Source of the DNA: a virus
Lineage: Duplodnaviria; Caudoviricetes
IMG/VR virus record: IMGVR_UViG_3300032318_000186
Span: 660 to 64,659 of that record
Reading direction: 5' to 3' (one strand)
DNA: 64,000 bases
The position numbers and the translations under genes were made by a program. Shown in pieces: positions 1 through 8,672 of the stretch; within the stretch, counting starts at the first letter, position 1; each line of letters begins with the position of its first letter. The notes beneath the pieces are model-generated. The model ran no database searches. It was given only the letters and a program-made list of their open reading frames with translations, and had not been told where the DNA came from.

Positions 1-2
1 CA

Positions 3-890
3 GGGCGATGGGGCGGTGACGATAAGATTAACCTACAAAACTTACCTAGTCGTGGGCAAAACGGTGGCAAGCTAAAGAAAGCTATTATTCCCCCTGAAGG
101 GTATGTAATGATTGATTGCGACTCGTCTCAGATTGAGGCTCGTATTGTGGCATGGATGGCGGGGCAGACTGACTTAGTAGATGCGTTTGAGAAAGGTGAA
201 GATGTATATAAAATCATGGCTTCGGCTATCTATCAAAAGGATGTTGCAAAAGTCTCGGCGCACGAAAGGTTCGTCGGCAAGACGACTATTCTTGGAGCAG
301 GGTACGGCATGGGTGCAAAAAAGTTCCAAACCCAACTCAAGACGTTTGGCATGGACATTGAAGAGGGGGAGGCGAGTCGTATTATCAGGGTCTATCGGGA
401 AACGTATCCTCAAATCCCTAACTTATGGCAAGAGGCCGGTAGGTGTTTGGAAGCGATATATACAGGTAGACCTGCCCCATTCGGGTTGGAAGGAGTCGTG
501 TCATTCGATCACATAAAGAAAGGCTTTTTATTACCTAGTGGGTTATGGCAACGTTATGAGACGCTTCACCAAGTAACTGATTCTGAAGGAAAAACTCAGT
601 TTGAGTATAAGACTAGACGGGGCGCAGTCAAGCTGTATGGTGGAAAGGTAGTAGAGAATCTATGTCAAGCACTTGCACGTTGCGTGATTGCGGAACAAAT
701 GGTTAAAATAACCAAGCGTTATAGAGTAGTTTTAACGGTGCATGATGCAGTAGCTTGCATAGCACCAAAAACAGAAGCCGAACAAGCGCAACAATATGTT
801 GAAGAGTGCATGAGGTGGAGACCCAACTGGGCGCATGATTTACCACTTAATTGCGAATCGGGAATTGGAAACAGCTATGGAGAATGCTAG
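3..890 (+). CDS. polA: Family A DNA polymerase, C-terminal part (5'-truncated by window)
   Basis: Frame is open from base 3 (GRWGGDDKINLQNLP). Motif A DSSQIEAR, motif B RFVGKTTILGAGYG, motif C LTVHDAV. Confidence 0.95.
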   Translation, partial: GRWGGDDKINLQNLPSRGQNGGKLKKAIIPPEGYVMIDCDSSQIEARIVAWMAGQTDLVDAFEKGEDVYKIMASAIYQKDVAKVSAHERFVGKTTILGAGYGMGAKKFQTQLKTFGMDIEEGEASRIIRVYRETYPQIPNLWQEAGRCLEAIYTGRPAPFGLEGVVSFDHIKKGFLLPSGLWQRYETLHQVTDSEGKTQFEYKTRRGAVKLYGGKVVENLCQALARCVIAEQMVKITKRYRVVLTVHDAVACIAPKTEAEQAQQYVEECMRWRPNWAHDLPLNCESGIGNSYGEC

Positions 891-897
891 TAGAGGT

Positions 898-1014
898 ATG
901 GGTTTTAAAGTCTATGACGAGAACGGATGGCATATAGCTTGGTTCAATAACATAGACCACGTAATCAAATCAATGCTAGCAAACCCCACACACTCATATC
1001 ACAGGATAAATTAA
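898..1014 (+). CDS. Small hypothetical protein (38 aa, MGFKVYDENGWHIAWF...)
   Basis: Read by hand. GAGG RBS; fills the gap; its stop abuts the next ATG. Confidence 0.55.
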   Translation: MGFKVYDENGWHIAWFNNIDHVIKSMLANPTHSYHRIN

Positions 1015-1188
1015 ATGGTGGACTACGCAGGATTTTTATTAGAAGCAAGAAAGCACTTGAAGTCTTACGAAGAATCTGTTATAAAAAGGAACTTTGCAGA
1101 TGCTCAAGAACACGCATTAAATGCGTTTGCAGAAGTCCGATTACTACTACAAATAGCGAAAGATTCAAAGGATGTCGAAAAGGGATAG
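1015..1188 (+). CDS. Small hypothetical protein (57 aa, MVDYAGFLLEARKHL...)
   Basis: Read by hand. Tightly packed between neighbours. Confidence 0.65.
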   Translation: MVDYAGFLLEARKHLKSYEESVIKRNFADAQEHALNAFAEVRLLLQIAKDSKDVEKG

Positions 1189-1366
1189 ACCGATGCAAGC
1201 CGACATGACCCAACAAGAGGTGGCAGATGCGTTGGGTACAACAAGAGCGGCGGTTGCAGACATCGAGAAACGAGCATTACGTAAGCTACGAAACGAATTA
1301 ACAAAACGTGGCTATACGATGGAAGATTTTTTTACGTGGAAAAAGAAGAGGAACTTAAAAATATGA
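1172..1366 (+). CDS. Sigma70 region-4-like HTH protein
   Basis: MTQQEVADALGTTRAAVADIEKRALRKLR matches the sigma r4 HTH pattern; paralog at 54001. Confidence 0.8.
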   Translation: MSKRDRPMQADMTQQEVADALGTTRAAVADIEKRALRKLRNELTKRGYTMEDFFTWKKKRNLKI

Positions 1367-1677
1367 TTATGCTATCAAACGACCAACGCAACCGTTTAAT
1401 GAATGCGGCAAGTAGATATACAAAAGACGAAAGGGCTATGCTAACATTAGCCGCAAGTCAAGTAATAGCAGACCGTATTAACCAAGTCTTATACGAACTA
1501 CATACGGAAAACCCTGCGGCTTTTGTAACTAATGCTTTACCTTCTTTAGGTGGTATGGAGTTTACCCCTAACTACGCTATGGTAAAACGGCGCAAGTTCT
1601 ATGACGAGCCTAGAAGTCCTGCAGTAAGAGCATCTGAATATGCAAGCTATGTAAAACCCGCTAAGGAAAAACTATGA
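1363..1677 (+). CDS. Hypothetical protein
   Basis: ATGA overlap with the upstream stop favours a start at 1363. Confidence 0.7.
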   Translation: MIMLSNDQRNRLMNAASRYTKDERAMLTLAASQVIADRINQVLYELHTENPAAFVTNALPSLGGMEFTPNYAMVKRRKFYDEPRSPAVRASEYASYVKPAKEKL

Positions 1678-1988
1678 ATATCGAATGGGCAAAACCCCAC
1701 GAGATAGAAGATGGTATTAGTGCGGTATGGGGCATAAAAGATATTGTTGATACGCTTACATGGCGGTATATGGACCACCCTAAACACATGACAGAAGATG
1801 AAATGTGTAACCATTTATTTGCTATATCCACGCTAATAGAACTGCACTGCGAAAAACTAATGGATACGTATTGCAAGGTATACCAACTTAACGAGTACGC
1901 TTCTGATGAGGTTAAAGCTAGAAGGGCAGAGATACTCAAGGGTGTGCTTAGTAAACCTAAACCTAAAGCCAAGGTTAAAAAGAAATGA
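1674..1988 (+). CDS. Hypothetical protein with Lys-rich tail
   Basis: ORF with ATGA overlaps at both ends. Confidence 0.7.
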   Translation: MNIEWAKPHEIEDGISAVWGIKDIVDTLTWRYMDHPKHMTEDEMCNHLFAISTLIELHCEKLMDTYCKVYQLNEYASDEVKARRAEILKGVLSKPKPKAKVKKK

Positions 1989-2851
1989 TTTTGATTGGAA
2001 GCGGTATCGAGCATAAGCGAGTAGAAATACCTCAGCTTACTAGGTACAACGTATGTAATCCGTCTATCGTATCTACCTTACAAGGGTTTGAGTGCACCGT
2101 TCGTGGAGTGAACTATGACCTAGAAAAAACAGATTTAGCATACGAGTTTTTCTATGGCTCATACTCTGTACCTTTTCCTGACACACAAAACTATTATGCG
2201 GTACTCAATAATAACCTAGAGATTCAGAATTATTGGTTCTTAGAGGACAGGCACTTACGGAACAATATATTTTCTTTGGATGGTATTGAGGATTTAAGAT
2301 TGTTTTATTGGAAAAGTGAACGATACGTTATTGGCGGTGCTATTAACTACCCAAGTCAATGCTCTAACATTACTTTGATGAAGTTGGATGGTAACGTTTT
2401 AGAACGTATTGGTATGTTTGGTAGCCCCACAAAAACTACTACTGAAAAAAACTGGATGCCATTCGTACAGGGTAAGGGCTTAAGTTTTCTTTATACCCCA
2501 AATGGTCAGGTGCTTACCTATGGTGAATCTTTAGAATTTACTCACACAGACAGACCAAATGACTTGCCTAACTGGAGTGGTAGTTCATGCGTGATGGAGA
2601 AGGGTGGAAAATACTACGCAATTATCCACAAGCGTGAGAAGTCTATGTATACACACAAGCTAGTCGAGTATGCCTTTGAAGGCAAGCTACTGTGGCAAAG
2701 TAAGGAGTTTAACTTTGAGCAGTTTGGTATTGAGTTCTGTGCGGGCATGGCTTTCAAAGGTGATGACGTAGTGTTGTCTTATGGTGTGATGGATAAGAAA
2801 GCCCTGTTATTGAAAATGAACTTTGACGAGTTCAGAAAGGTTGTGTCATGA
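1985..2851 (+). CDS. Putative 5-bladed beta-propeller glycosidase/phosphorylase-like protein (GH130/GH43-like)
   Basis: NPSI, GIEDLRLF, EKNWMPF, WSGSS and IEFCAG blade motifs. Confidence 0.6.
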   Translation: MILIGSGIEHKRVEIPQLTRYNVCNPSIVSTLQGFECTVRGVNYDLEKTDLAYEFFYGSYSVPFPDTQNYYAVLNNNLEIQNYWFLEDRHLRNNIFSLDGIEDLRLFYWKSERYVIGGAINYPSQCSNITLMKLDGNVLERIGMFGSPTKTTTEKNWMPFVQGKGLSFLYTPNGQVLTYGESLEFTHTDRPNDLPNWSGSSCVMEKGGKYYAIIHKREKSMYTHKLVEYAFEGKLLWQSKEFNFEQFGIEFCAGMAFKGDDVVLSYGVMDKKALLLKMNFDEFRKVVS

Positions 2852-3516
2852 GCTTAGAGCAATACAAAGAAACCTTTGATGCAGTACAGGGTTGGGCAGA
2901 CCCCAAGCTATTCGATACTGTAAAGGTGATGGCTGACTGCGGTATCAATCGTAAGGGCGGTGTAGCCGAGATTGGTGTGCATCATGGCAAGTTCTACATC
3001 CTGCTGAACCAAGTAGTTGAAAGCGGTCAAGTGTCATTTGCTATTGATGTATTTGGTATGCAACATCTTAATATTGGTAAATCAGGCGAAGGTAACAAGT
3101 CTATATTCATGCAGAACCTTACTGACTACGACAAGTTCAAAGGCGAGAACACCATTATCCTAGAAATGGATTCGATGTCACTAACCAGTCAGATACTCGA
3201 TGCTTCATTACGGTTTATATCTATTGATGGTGGACATACAGTTGAGCATACAATCAACGACCTTAAGATTGCAGAACGACTAATCGCTAATGAAGGTGTG
3301 ATTATTCTTGATGACATCATGGGTGTGTATTGGTGCGGTGTTACCGAAGGGTATATTAAATACTCTATGACGCACCCGACTATCGTGCCATTTGCTATGG
3401 GACACAACAAGCTGTATCTTTGTAAGTTATCGCATCACGAGTATTACTTTAATTTATTCAAACCTTTATCTAGTGGGCAGACTAAGTTCACTGGGTATCA
3501 GGTACAAATGGTTTAA
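2848..3516 (+). CDS. Class I SAM-dependent methyltransferase (Methyltransf_24-like)
   Basis: AEIGVHHG, FISIDGGH and GVIILDD motifs. Confidence 0.85.
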   Translation: MSLEQYKETFDAVQGWADPKLFDTVKVMADCGINRKGGVAEIGVHHGKFYILLNQVVESGQVSFAIDVFGMQHLNIGKSGEGNKSIFMQNLTDYDKFKGENTIILEMDSMSLTSQILDASLRFISIDGGHTVEHTINDLKIAERLIANEGVIILDDIMGVYWCGVTEGYIKYSMTHPTIVPFAMGHNKLYLCKLSHHEYYFNLFKPLSSGQTKFTGYQVQMV

Positions 3517-3527
3517 CAGGAAAAGAA

Positions 3528-4271
3528 ATGACAACACAGATAATGATAGCTACCCCGATGTATGGGGGGTTATGTAATGGAACTTACACCGTAGGATTAT
3601 TAACTGCCGTAGGAGTATTTTCCAAGCATGGAATTGCTATGCAGTACGCTCACATGATGAACGAGTCTTTAATTACTAGGGCAAGAAATAGTTTAGCTAA
3701 AGACTTTTTAGCTAGTGAGTGTACGCATTTAATGTTTATTGATGCCGACATTGGTTTTAATCCTGCCGACATTCCTCCAATGGTAGATGCTGATAAAGAT
3801 ATTATATGTGGTATCTATCCCAAGAAAGAAATTAACTGGGTCGATGTATCTAAAGCCGTACAAGCGGGAGTACCCCCACAAGAATTACCAAACTACACAG
3901 GTGCGTTTGTAGTAAATACCGTTAACGATGCCGAGAACTTAGAAGGAAATTTTTACGAACCTTTAGAGATTGCAAATGGTGGCACAGGCTTTATGTTGAT
4001 TAAGCGCAAGGTATTTGAAACCCTGATTGGTAAAGTACCTACATACCACAACGACGTATTCCATGCGGTAGATACAAACCGTACTGTCCAAGTAGTTAAC
4101 GAGTTTTTTGCAACAAGTATTGATAAAGACTCAGGCAACCGACTTCTCTCCGAGGACTATCACTTTTGTAAGATAGCAAGGGAAGCTGGATTTAAAGTTT
4201 GGGCGGCTCCTTGGGCGCAGTTGTCCCATACTGGGACTTATATATTTAATGGACAGTTGCCAAAAGCATGA
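3528..4271 (+). CDS. GT-A fold glycosyltransferase
   Basis: MIATPMYGG, HLMFIDADIGF (DxD), GTGFMLIKR, LSEDYHFC. Confidence 0.85.
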   Translation: MTTQIMIATPMYGGLCNGTYTVGLLTAVGVFSKHGIAMQYAHMMNESLITRARNSLAKDFLASECTHLMFIDADIGFNPADIPPMVDADKDIICGIYPKKEINWVDVSKAVQAGVPPQELPNYTGAFVVNTVNDAENLEGNFYEPLEIANGGTGFMLIKRKVFETLIGKVPTYHNDVFHAVDTNRTVQVVNEFFATSIDKDSGNRLLSEDYHFCKIAREAGFKVWAAPWAQLSHTGTYIFNGQLPKA

Positions 4272-4939
4272 CAGTCAAATACACTTGGTCGTACTCGTCC
4301 TTAAGCCTTTTTAAACAATGCCCACATAAGTATTATCGTCTTAGAATAGTAAAGGATATTGTTGAACCTCCTGCCGAGCACTTAAATTACGGACTAGAAG
4401 TACATAAAGCGGCGGAAGATTACCTTGGAAAAGGCACTCCAATCCCTCAGAAATACATCTTTATTAAAGAACACTTGGATAAGCTAAATCTTATTAAAGG
4501 CGAAAAGCTTTGCGAATATAGGATGGGGCTTACTAACAATCTAGAACCCTGCGGGTTTTTTGATAAAGATGTATGGTGGAGAGGGGTTGCAGACTTGATT
4601 ATTATCAACGGCGATAAAGCGTATGTTATTGATTATAAAACAGGAAAATCCGCTAAGTATGCGGATACTAAGCAATTAGAACTTCTTTCTTGTGCCTTAT
4701 TTAAGCACTTTCCTGACGTCAAAAAGGTCAAAGGTGGGTTATTATTTGTAGTAGCCAACGACCTTGTCAAAGACCATTATGAGGCAGATAATGAAGGGGT
4801 ATATTGGACTAAGTGGTTAGAAGATACCCAACGTTTAGAAGCGGCAATCCAAAATAATGTTTGGAATAAGAAGCCTAACTTCTCGTGCCGTGCATGGTGT
4901 TCTATAACCGACTGCGAACATAACGGAAAGAACCATTGA
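4268..4939 (+). CDS. PD-(D/E)XK exonuclease, Cas4/RecB-like
   Basis: SYSSL..F.QCP, GVADL, IDYKTGK, and C-terminal CRAWCSITDC (1+3 Cys). Confidence 0.85.
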   Translation: MTVKYTWSYSSLSLFKQCPHKYYRLRIVKDIVEPPAEHLNYGLEVHKAAEDYLGKGTPIPQKYIFIKEHLDKLNLIKGEKLCEYRMGLTNNLEPCGFFDKDVWWRGVADLIIINGDKAYVIDYKTGKSAKYADTKQLELLSCALFKHFPDVKKVKGGLLFVVANDLVKDHYEADNEGVYWTKWLEDTQRLEAAIQNNVWNKKPNFSCRAWCSITDCEHNGKNH

Positions 4940-4940
4940 T

Positions 4941-5255
4941 ATGCCTTACACTAAAACACCTAGACCTTATGACCACGAATACGATATGGAAAAGAAGCGT
5001 GGAGAGCATCCCCGCCGTATGGAGCGTCAAAAAGCGAGGCGAGCTATGGACAAGACAGGAAAAGATGCCAACGGAAACGGTAAAGCAGACAAGCGAGAAG
5101 GCAAAGATGTAGCTCACAAAAAAGCTTTAGATAAAGGCGGTAGCAATAAAGATGGAGTAGTAATACAATCTGCGTCTAAGAATCGTAGTTTTAAAAGAGA
5201 TTCAAAAGGTAACTTAATCGGAGAAGTAAGTACCAAAGAACGTAAGAAAAAGTAA
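4941..5255 (+). CDS. HNH-like endonuclease
   Basis: DVAHKKALDKGGSN...KNRS; basic protein. Confidence 0.65.
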   Translation: MPYTKTPRPYDHEYDMEKKRGEHPRRMERQKARRAMDKTGKDANGNGKADKREGKDVAHKKALDKGGSNKDGVVIQSASKNRSFKRDSKGNLIGEVSTKERKKK

Positions 5256-5469
5256 TTTGTAGGTGTTGTATGGTCATGAAGTAAGATACGAGTGCTATTG
5301 ACGGGTTAACTCATTTCCTACATAACCGTATCAGTTGGGGTCGTTAGTTAGATATTTTTCCCTTCACGGGGTATCTTCCCTCCTTGGCGATGACCCAGCC
5401 GATTAACTCCCGTAAGGAGTTGTTTCAATCAAAACGTGTGTTTTGGTCGTATTCCTATTGGAGAAGAGA

Positions 5470-7020
5470 TTGCAAATCATAGATAACAAGGCGTTGCTAC
5501 TTAAAGTACGTGACCCAAACCGCATTACCACAGTAATACCAAAGAGTAGAGTTTTAGAAGACGGCAGAGTGCTAGTTAAGTGGGGGCTAGACGAAGCGCA
5601 AGTATTAAAAAACCTTAAATACAAAGACGTACCGTCTCCAATCCGTGCTAACTATAATTGGCCTGGGTTATATAAACCGTTTGACCACCAGCGTACTACT
5701 TCCGAGTTTCTAACTCTGCATCGTCGGGCATTTTGTTTTAACGAGCAAGGCACAGGCAAGACAGGCTCGGTTATATGGGCGGCAGATTATCTAATGAACA
5801 TTGGAGTTATTAAACGTGTTTTAGTTTTGTGTCCATTATCTATCATGCAATCGGCTTGGCAAAACGACCTATTTAGATTTGCTATGCACAGGACGACAGC
5901 GATAGCCCATAGCTATTCAAGAGAAAAAAGAATCCAAGCAGTTCAAAGTGATGCCGAGTTTGTTATCTGTAACTACGACGGGCTTGGAATTATTAGGGAT
6001 ACTGTAATAGAAGAAGACTTTGATCTAATAGTTATTGACGAAGCTAACGCATATAAGACGGTATCTACAACACGTTGGAAAACCCTTAACTCAATTATTA
6101 AACCTAAGACTTGGCTATGGATGTTAACAGGTACACCAGCTTCACAGTCTCCAACAGATGCGTATGGCTTAGCACGGTTAATTAACCCTCAAGGAGTTCC
6201 AAGATTCTATGGTTCTTTCCGAGACATGGTTATGTATAAGTTGACCCAATTCAAATGGGTTCCAAAACCTAATTCAGAAAAGGTAGTCCACACAGTGTTG
6301 CAACCTGCAATACGTTTTACAAAAGACGAATGCCTAGATTTACCTGAAATGACTTATACCACTAGGGATGTACCGCTAACCGCACAGCAAGAAAAATACT
6401 ACGAAATTATCCGTAAGAATATGTTAGCTGTTGCCGCAGGGGAAGAAATTACAACCGTAAATGCCGCCGCAAACTTGAATAAATTACTCCAGCTTTCATG
6501 TGGCGCAGTCTATTCGGATAGTGGAGAGGTAGTTGAATTTGATGCCTCTAATAGAATCAATGCGTTAAAAGAAGTGATTGACGAGGCTAGTCACAAGGTG
6601 TTAATATTTGTACCCTACCGCCATGCTATTGAGATTGTTACAGAAGAATTGAAAAGATCAGGGTACACCGCAGAAATTATAAATGGCTCAGTCTCAGCAG
6701 GTAATCGCACAGACATCTTTGCTCGTTTCCAAAACGACACCAACCCTAAAGTTCTTGTAATCCAACCACAAGCCGCCGCACACGGAGTCACACTAACTGC
6801 GGCTAATGTAGTGGTATGGTTTTCCCCTATTACTTCAGTTGAAACCTATCTGCAAGCTAATGCTAGGGTACATAGAGCAGGACAACACAACCCTTGCACC
6901 GTAGTTCACTTACAGGGGTCCCCCGTTGAAAAGAAAATGTATAAGATGTTGCAAGGAAAGGTAGACATACATACAAAAATGATTGACCTTTATAAAAATA
7001 TAATTGAAGATGACTCTTGA
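5470..7020 (+). CDS. SNF2-family helicase
   Basis: QGTGKT, DEAN (Walker B), LTGTP, HGVTLT, QANARVHRAGQ. Probable TTG start after GGAG at 5460. Confidence 0.9.
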   Translation: MQIIDNKALLLKVRDPNRITTVIPKSRVLEDGRVLVKWGLDEAQVLKNLKYKDVPSPIRANYNWPGLYKPFDHQRTTSEFLTLHRRAFCFNEQGTGKTGSVIWAADYLMNIGVIKRVLVLCPLSIMQSAWQNDLFRFAMHRTTAIAHSYSREKRIQAVQSDAEFVICNYDGLGIIRDTVIEEDFDLIVIDEANAYKTVSTTRWKTLNSIIKPKTWLWMLTGTPASQSPTDAYGLARLINPQGVPRFYGSFRDMVMYKLTQFKWVPKPNSEKVVHTVLQPAIRFTKDECLDLPEMTYTTRDVPLTAQQEKYYEIIRKNMLAVAAGEEITTVNAAANLNKLLQLSCGAVYSDSGEVVEFDASNRINALKEVIDEASHKVLIFVPYRHAIEIVTEELKRSGYTAEIINGSVSAGNRTDIFARFQNDTNPKVLVIQPQAAAHGVTLTAANVVVWFSPITSVETYLQANARVHRAGQHNPCTVVHLQGSPVEKKMYKMLQGKVDIHTKMIDLYKNIIEDDS

Positions 7021-7045
7021 CAATGTCAATGTTTGGTACTACATT
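7017..7045 (+). promoter_or_regulatory. Sigma70 promoter TTGACA-17-TACATT
   Basis: Consensus -35 with a 17-bp spacer, upstream of the 7072 RBS. Confidence 0.75.
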
Positions 7046-7071
7046 ATAGGTATAGATAAGAAGGAGAAGAG

Positions 7072-7461
7072 ATGAGTATAGAAGCATCAGCAGACAAGCT
7101 AGTAAAAATCTATGTAAAAATTCGTGATGAACGTTATGCCCTTGAAAAACAAGTCAGAGAACTTGAAGAACAAGAGGAAATAATTAAAAGCGAATTAGCA
7201 AACATTTGCAAAGAAGTAGGTACTGATGGATTAAAAACTTCATTTGGTACGGTTAGTAGGACATTAAAGAAACGTTATTGGACAAGTGATTGGCAATCTT
7301 TTTATGAGTTTATTAAAGAGCATGATGCCTTTCACTTTTTACACCAAAGGATTTCAGATACTAATGTGCAAACATTTTTAGAAGAGAACCCCGATTTGCA
7401 CCCGCCGGGGCTTCAAGCGGATGCGGCTTATACAGTACGAGTAACACGATCTAGAAAATAG
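7072..7461 (+). CDS. Conserved phage replication-module protein, N-terminal coiled coil
   Basis: Strong RBS; KTSFGTV...WTSDWQSFY. Confidence 0.75.
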   Translation: MSIEASADKLVKIYVKIRDERYALEKQVRELEEQEEIIKSELANICKEVGTDGLKTSFGTVSRTLKKRYWTSDWQSFYEFIKEHDAFHFLHQRISDTNVQTFLEENPDLHPPGLQADAAYTVRVTRSRK

Positions 7462-7467
7462 GAGAAG

Positions 7468-8349
7468 ATGATGAGCAAAGAACTTGCTATGTTGGACATG
7501 AGTTTACCAGCGCACTTACAATCGCTGGAGTTGGACGATACTACTAAAGCCCTTATGGGTAGTGGTGGTGGCGGTAGCAAACGTATTTCTATCGAGGGCG
7601 GTGTATGGCGCTTGTTAGTAAACGGTAAAGAAATTGCGCAGAAAGAAGAACGCAATCTTAATGTGGTTGTTGTAGCGGCTTCCTCAAAAGTTGCTCGTAC
7701 CTACTACGCTGGGACATATAAGAAGGGCGTATCTGCACCTCCTGATTGTTGGTCTGCTAACGGCGATTATCCTGATAAATCTGTTGAAGCACCACAGGCT
7801 ACTGGATGCGCTAACTGCCCACAGAACGTCAAAGGTTCAGGTCAAGGCGACGGTCGTGCTTGCCGATTCAGCCAACGTATTGCAGTAGTTTTGGATAATG
7901 ATATTGGTGGGGATGTATTCCAATTAGTTCTTCCTTCTACATCAATCTTTGGTGAAGGTGAAGCTGGTAAATGGCCCTTGCAGATGTACGCCAAGATGAT
8001 TGGTGCTAAGGGCGTTCCGATTACTGCAGTTGTAACTGAGATGCGTTTTGATACTGCAAGTTCTACACCTAAGATTACTTTTAAGCCAGTACGTTTCTTA
8101 GAGTCTAATGAGATTTCTACGGCTATTGACCAAGGTAAAAGCACTGAAGCTATTAAGGCAATTACTATGACTGTTGCCAAGGTAGATAAAGATGCGCCTA
8201 AGTTGGAAGCCCCCGTTGCCAAAAAAGCAACGCCCGTAGCCGAAGAAGCAACAGAAGCTGAACCTACTAAACGTACTGCCAAGAAAGAAGAACCCACTGC
8301 CAAGAAAGATTTAAGCAAGATTCTTTCTGACTGGGATGACGAGGAGTAA
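7468..8349 (+). CDS. Probable ssDNA-binding/annealing protein
   Basis: Lies between helicase and primase; CANCP motif; acidic C-terminal tail DWDDEE typical of phage SSBs. Confidence 0.65.
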   Translation: MMSKELAMLDMSLPAHLQSLELDDTTKALMGSGGGGSKRISIEGGVWRLLVNGKEIAQKEERNLNVVVVAASSKVARTYYAGTYKKGVSAPPDCWSANGDYPDKSVEAPQATGCANCPQNVKGSGQGDGRACRFSQRIAVVLDNDIGGDVFQLVLPSTSIFGEGEAGKWPLQMYAKMIGAKGVPITAVVTEMRFDTASSTPKITFKPVRFLESNEISTAIDQGKSTEAIKAITMTVAKVDKDAPKLEAPVAKKATPVAEEATEAEPTKRTAKKEEPTAKKDLSKILSDWDDEE

Positions 8350-8351
8350 CC

Positions 8352-8582
8352 ATGTCTAAAGGATATGCGAGTAGCTTTATCAATGAGGTAAATGCTTCGG
8401 ACAAATCCAAGATAGGGGTGCAGCTAGGACTTGCTTGCACTAAACGGGACATTCCTGTAACTGATGTGTCTGAGTTCTTTGATGTATCCCGCATGACGGT
8501 TTACTCTTGGTTTCGTGGTAGAACTAATGTCCCTGAGAAGCATTGGGGCAAAATGAAAAAGCTTGTTGATAAATTGAAATAG
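8352..8582 (+). CDS. XRE-like HTH DNA-binding protein
   Basis: VTDVSEFFDVSRMTVYSWFRG. Confidence 0.8.
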   Translation: MSKGYASSFINEVNASDKSKIGVQLGLACTKRDIPVTDVSEFFDVSRMTVYSWFRGRTNVPEKHWGKMKKLVDKLK

Positions 8583-8672
8583 TTGTGTGGGGGGCTAGGT
8601 TAGCTACCGAAGAGGATATACCGCCGTCATATCCCTGCCCATCCCTTTTTATAATGACGGTTAAAGGCGGCT

